Below, in pieces: positions 53,932 to 55,046 of a stretch of 55,046 nucleotides of DNA (positions within the stretch are counted from its first letter, which is position 1; each line of letters starts with the position of its first letter). The DNA lies in IMG/VR virus record IMGVR_UViG_3300020451_002514, positions 1-55,046 of that record; one strand, 5' to 3'. Under the pieces are notes generated by a model, which worked only from the letters and a program-made list of their open reading frames with translations, made no database searches and was not told the DNA's origin. Source of the stretch: a virus (Duplodnaviria; Caudoviricetes). Made by a program: the position numbers and the translations under genes.

Positions 53932-55046
53932 TGGCTGACATATTTGAAGACGGATTTGTAGATACATCTCAGCACGTTTATAGAGATTTTAGTGTTCCAA
54001 ACACTGATCCTTTTGGAGTTAGCATATTTGCTAATACAGATTCAGATGGCGTACCAACCAGCTATAGCTATAGTTTCAACCAAGCTTATGCTTTTAATAG
54101 CGCTATAGCTGGAGATTTAAGTAGATCTAGCGGAGTTATACAAGGGATGGATCAGTCTTATACTGTTCCAGTGGGTCAAGATATAGAGTTTAAAGTTGCC
54201 TTAAATATAAATAAGGAAAATTTAATAATAGAACAAGCAACTTTTTTTACTGGTGAACCTTCTCAAGAGGGGCAAGATACAAGTTCAGGTATTTATCCAA
54301 TTTTTGATTATAAAACGGAAGATAATAGTAATTTTTATAGAAGTATCTATCAAATATGCACCGTTAGAGATGGAAATGTTGTTACTAGGACTATAAGAGA
54401 TAATATTCATTTAGATAATATACAAATTAAGCAATTAGGTGATACAGGAGCTGCTTCAAATGGTACTGGAGGTAAAGTTCACTTAATTCAAGAATCTGGC
54501 CAATATAATAGTTCTGTACCAATTCTTTTGAGAGGTATTTCTGGAGGTTCAGGCATACAAGTTAGATATGACGATGATAATCCAACTGCTGGTAATTTTA
54601 TAATTATAGATTCGTCTGGCGCTGCTGGTGGCGGAGGAGGAGGTGGTGGAGTAGGTAGCTGCGCTAACGTTGGAGATGCGGCAGATGTTTATGTGGAAGG
54701 TACTGATAGTCCATTTAAGTTTAGAAGCCTTACAGGTGCTGAAGGCGCTGCCCTTAGACTTCCTGATAATGAAATTTATGTCGTTCAAGATGGGAATGTA
54801 ATAAGATTCAGTGGTCAAGGAGTTCATTTATCTAACACTGGTAACACTGCAAGTAGCGTAAAGATATATCATGATTCCCCAAACGAAACTGGTCCAGTTA
54901 CTAAAAGCAAAGCGGCCTTTAGAGAAATATATTCAGAGGATGGCTCTATTGATATAGGACTTGCTAACTCTAATAATACTATAAGTATTGAGTATGATTC
55001 TGGCAAATATAAACCTTATTACAACTGGACTGGAGAAAATGTAGGT
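53931..55046 (+). CDS. 3'-truncated tail fibre-like structural protein (not in the ORF track)
   Basis: Frame read open from the ATG at 53931 (MADIFEDGFVD...) to the window end; poly-Gly hinge and NVGDAADVY...FKFRSLTG-type fibre repeats. Confidence 0.7.
   Translation, partial: MADIFEDGFVDTSQHVYRDFSVPNTDPFGVSIFANTDSDGVPTSYSYSFNQAYAFNSAIAGDLSRSSGVIQGMDQSYTVPVGQDIEFKVALNINKENLIIEQATFFTGEPSQEGQDTSSGIYPIFDYKTEDNSNFYRSIYQICTVRDGNVVTRTIRDNIHLDNIQIKQLGDTGAASNGTGGKVHLIQESGQYNSSVPILLRGISGGSGIQVRYDDDNPTAGNFIIIDSSGAAGGGGGGGGVGSCANVGDAADVYVEGTDSPFKFRSLTGAEGAALRLPDNEIYVVQDGNVIRFSGQGVHLSNTGNTASSVKIYHDSPNETGPVTKSKAAFREIYSEDGSIDIGLANSNNTISIEYDSGKYKPYYNWTGENVG

Noticed and set aside
54617-54657. GGN-rich low-complexity tract
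   Set aside because: It encodes a poly-Gly hinge in the fibre-like ORF, which is an ordinary feature.
1-55046. Alternative genetic code, tRNA genes or a diversity-generating retroelement
   Set aside because: Long ORFs are intact in the standard code with all three stops used. No cloverleaf was seen in the short gaps, and no reverse transcriptase or template/variable repeat pair was noticed by eye.

Overview
AT-rich, gene-dense fragment of a large tailed dsDNA bacteriophage genome, most likely lytic and infecting a Gram-negative host (inferred from an overlapping spanin-like pair and an outer-membrane beta-barrel gene). No rRNA, tRNA, CRISPR array or integrase was seen. Layout: (1) 1-8384 (+) tail/baseplate-like structural genes; (2) 8387-15841 (-) a Rad52/Sak-like annealase, three glycosyltransferases, a Whirly-like SSB, Hsp20 and a sigma factor, with one inverted structural gene; (3) a repeat- and palindrome-rich divergent region at 15850-16131; (4) nrdB-nrdA; (5) a 15-gene sugar synthesis/modification island at 19008-29782; (6) a replication operon with RecA, DnaB, primase, Cas4-like nuclease, a three-piece DnaE and a Clp ATPase; (7) hldD, spanins, fibre, OMP, a lysis cassette and split hldE genes; (8) a modular basic protein and a truncated fibre gene. 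Top hypotheses: (a) a virion glycosylation system, with phage-encoded ADP-heptose genes, GT9-type transferases (one split over two genes) and tail proteins strongly enriched in Ser/Thr-Gly motifs; (b) a chemoreceptor-type four-helix sensor lacking a signalling domain, placed between holin and endolysin; (c) a GTGTAA phage promoter motif and leaderless gene architecture; (d) a Whirly-fold SSB; (e) a putative protease-cleaved polyprotein of internal head proteins. All family calls are by-eye motif recognition, not database searches, and counts are hand counts.
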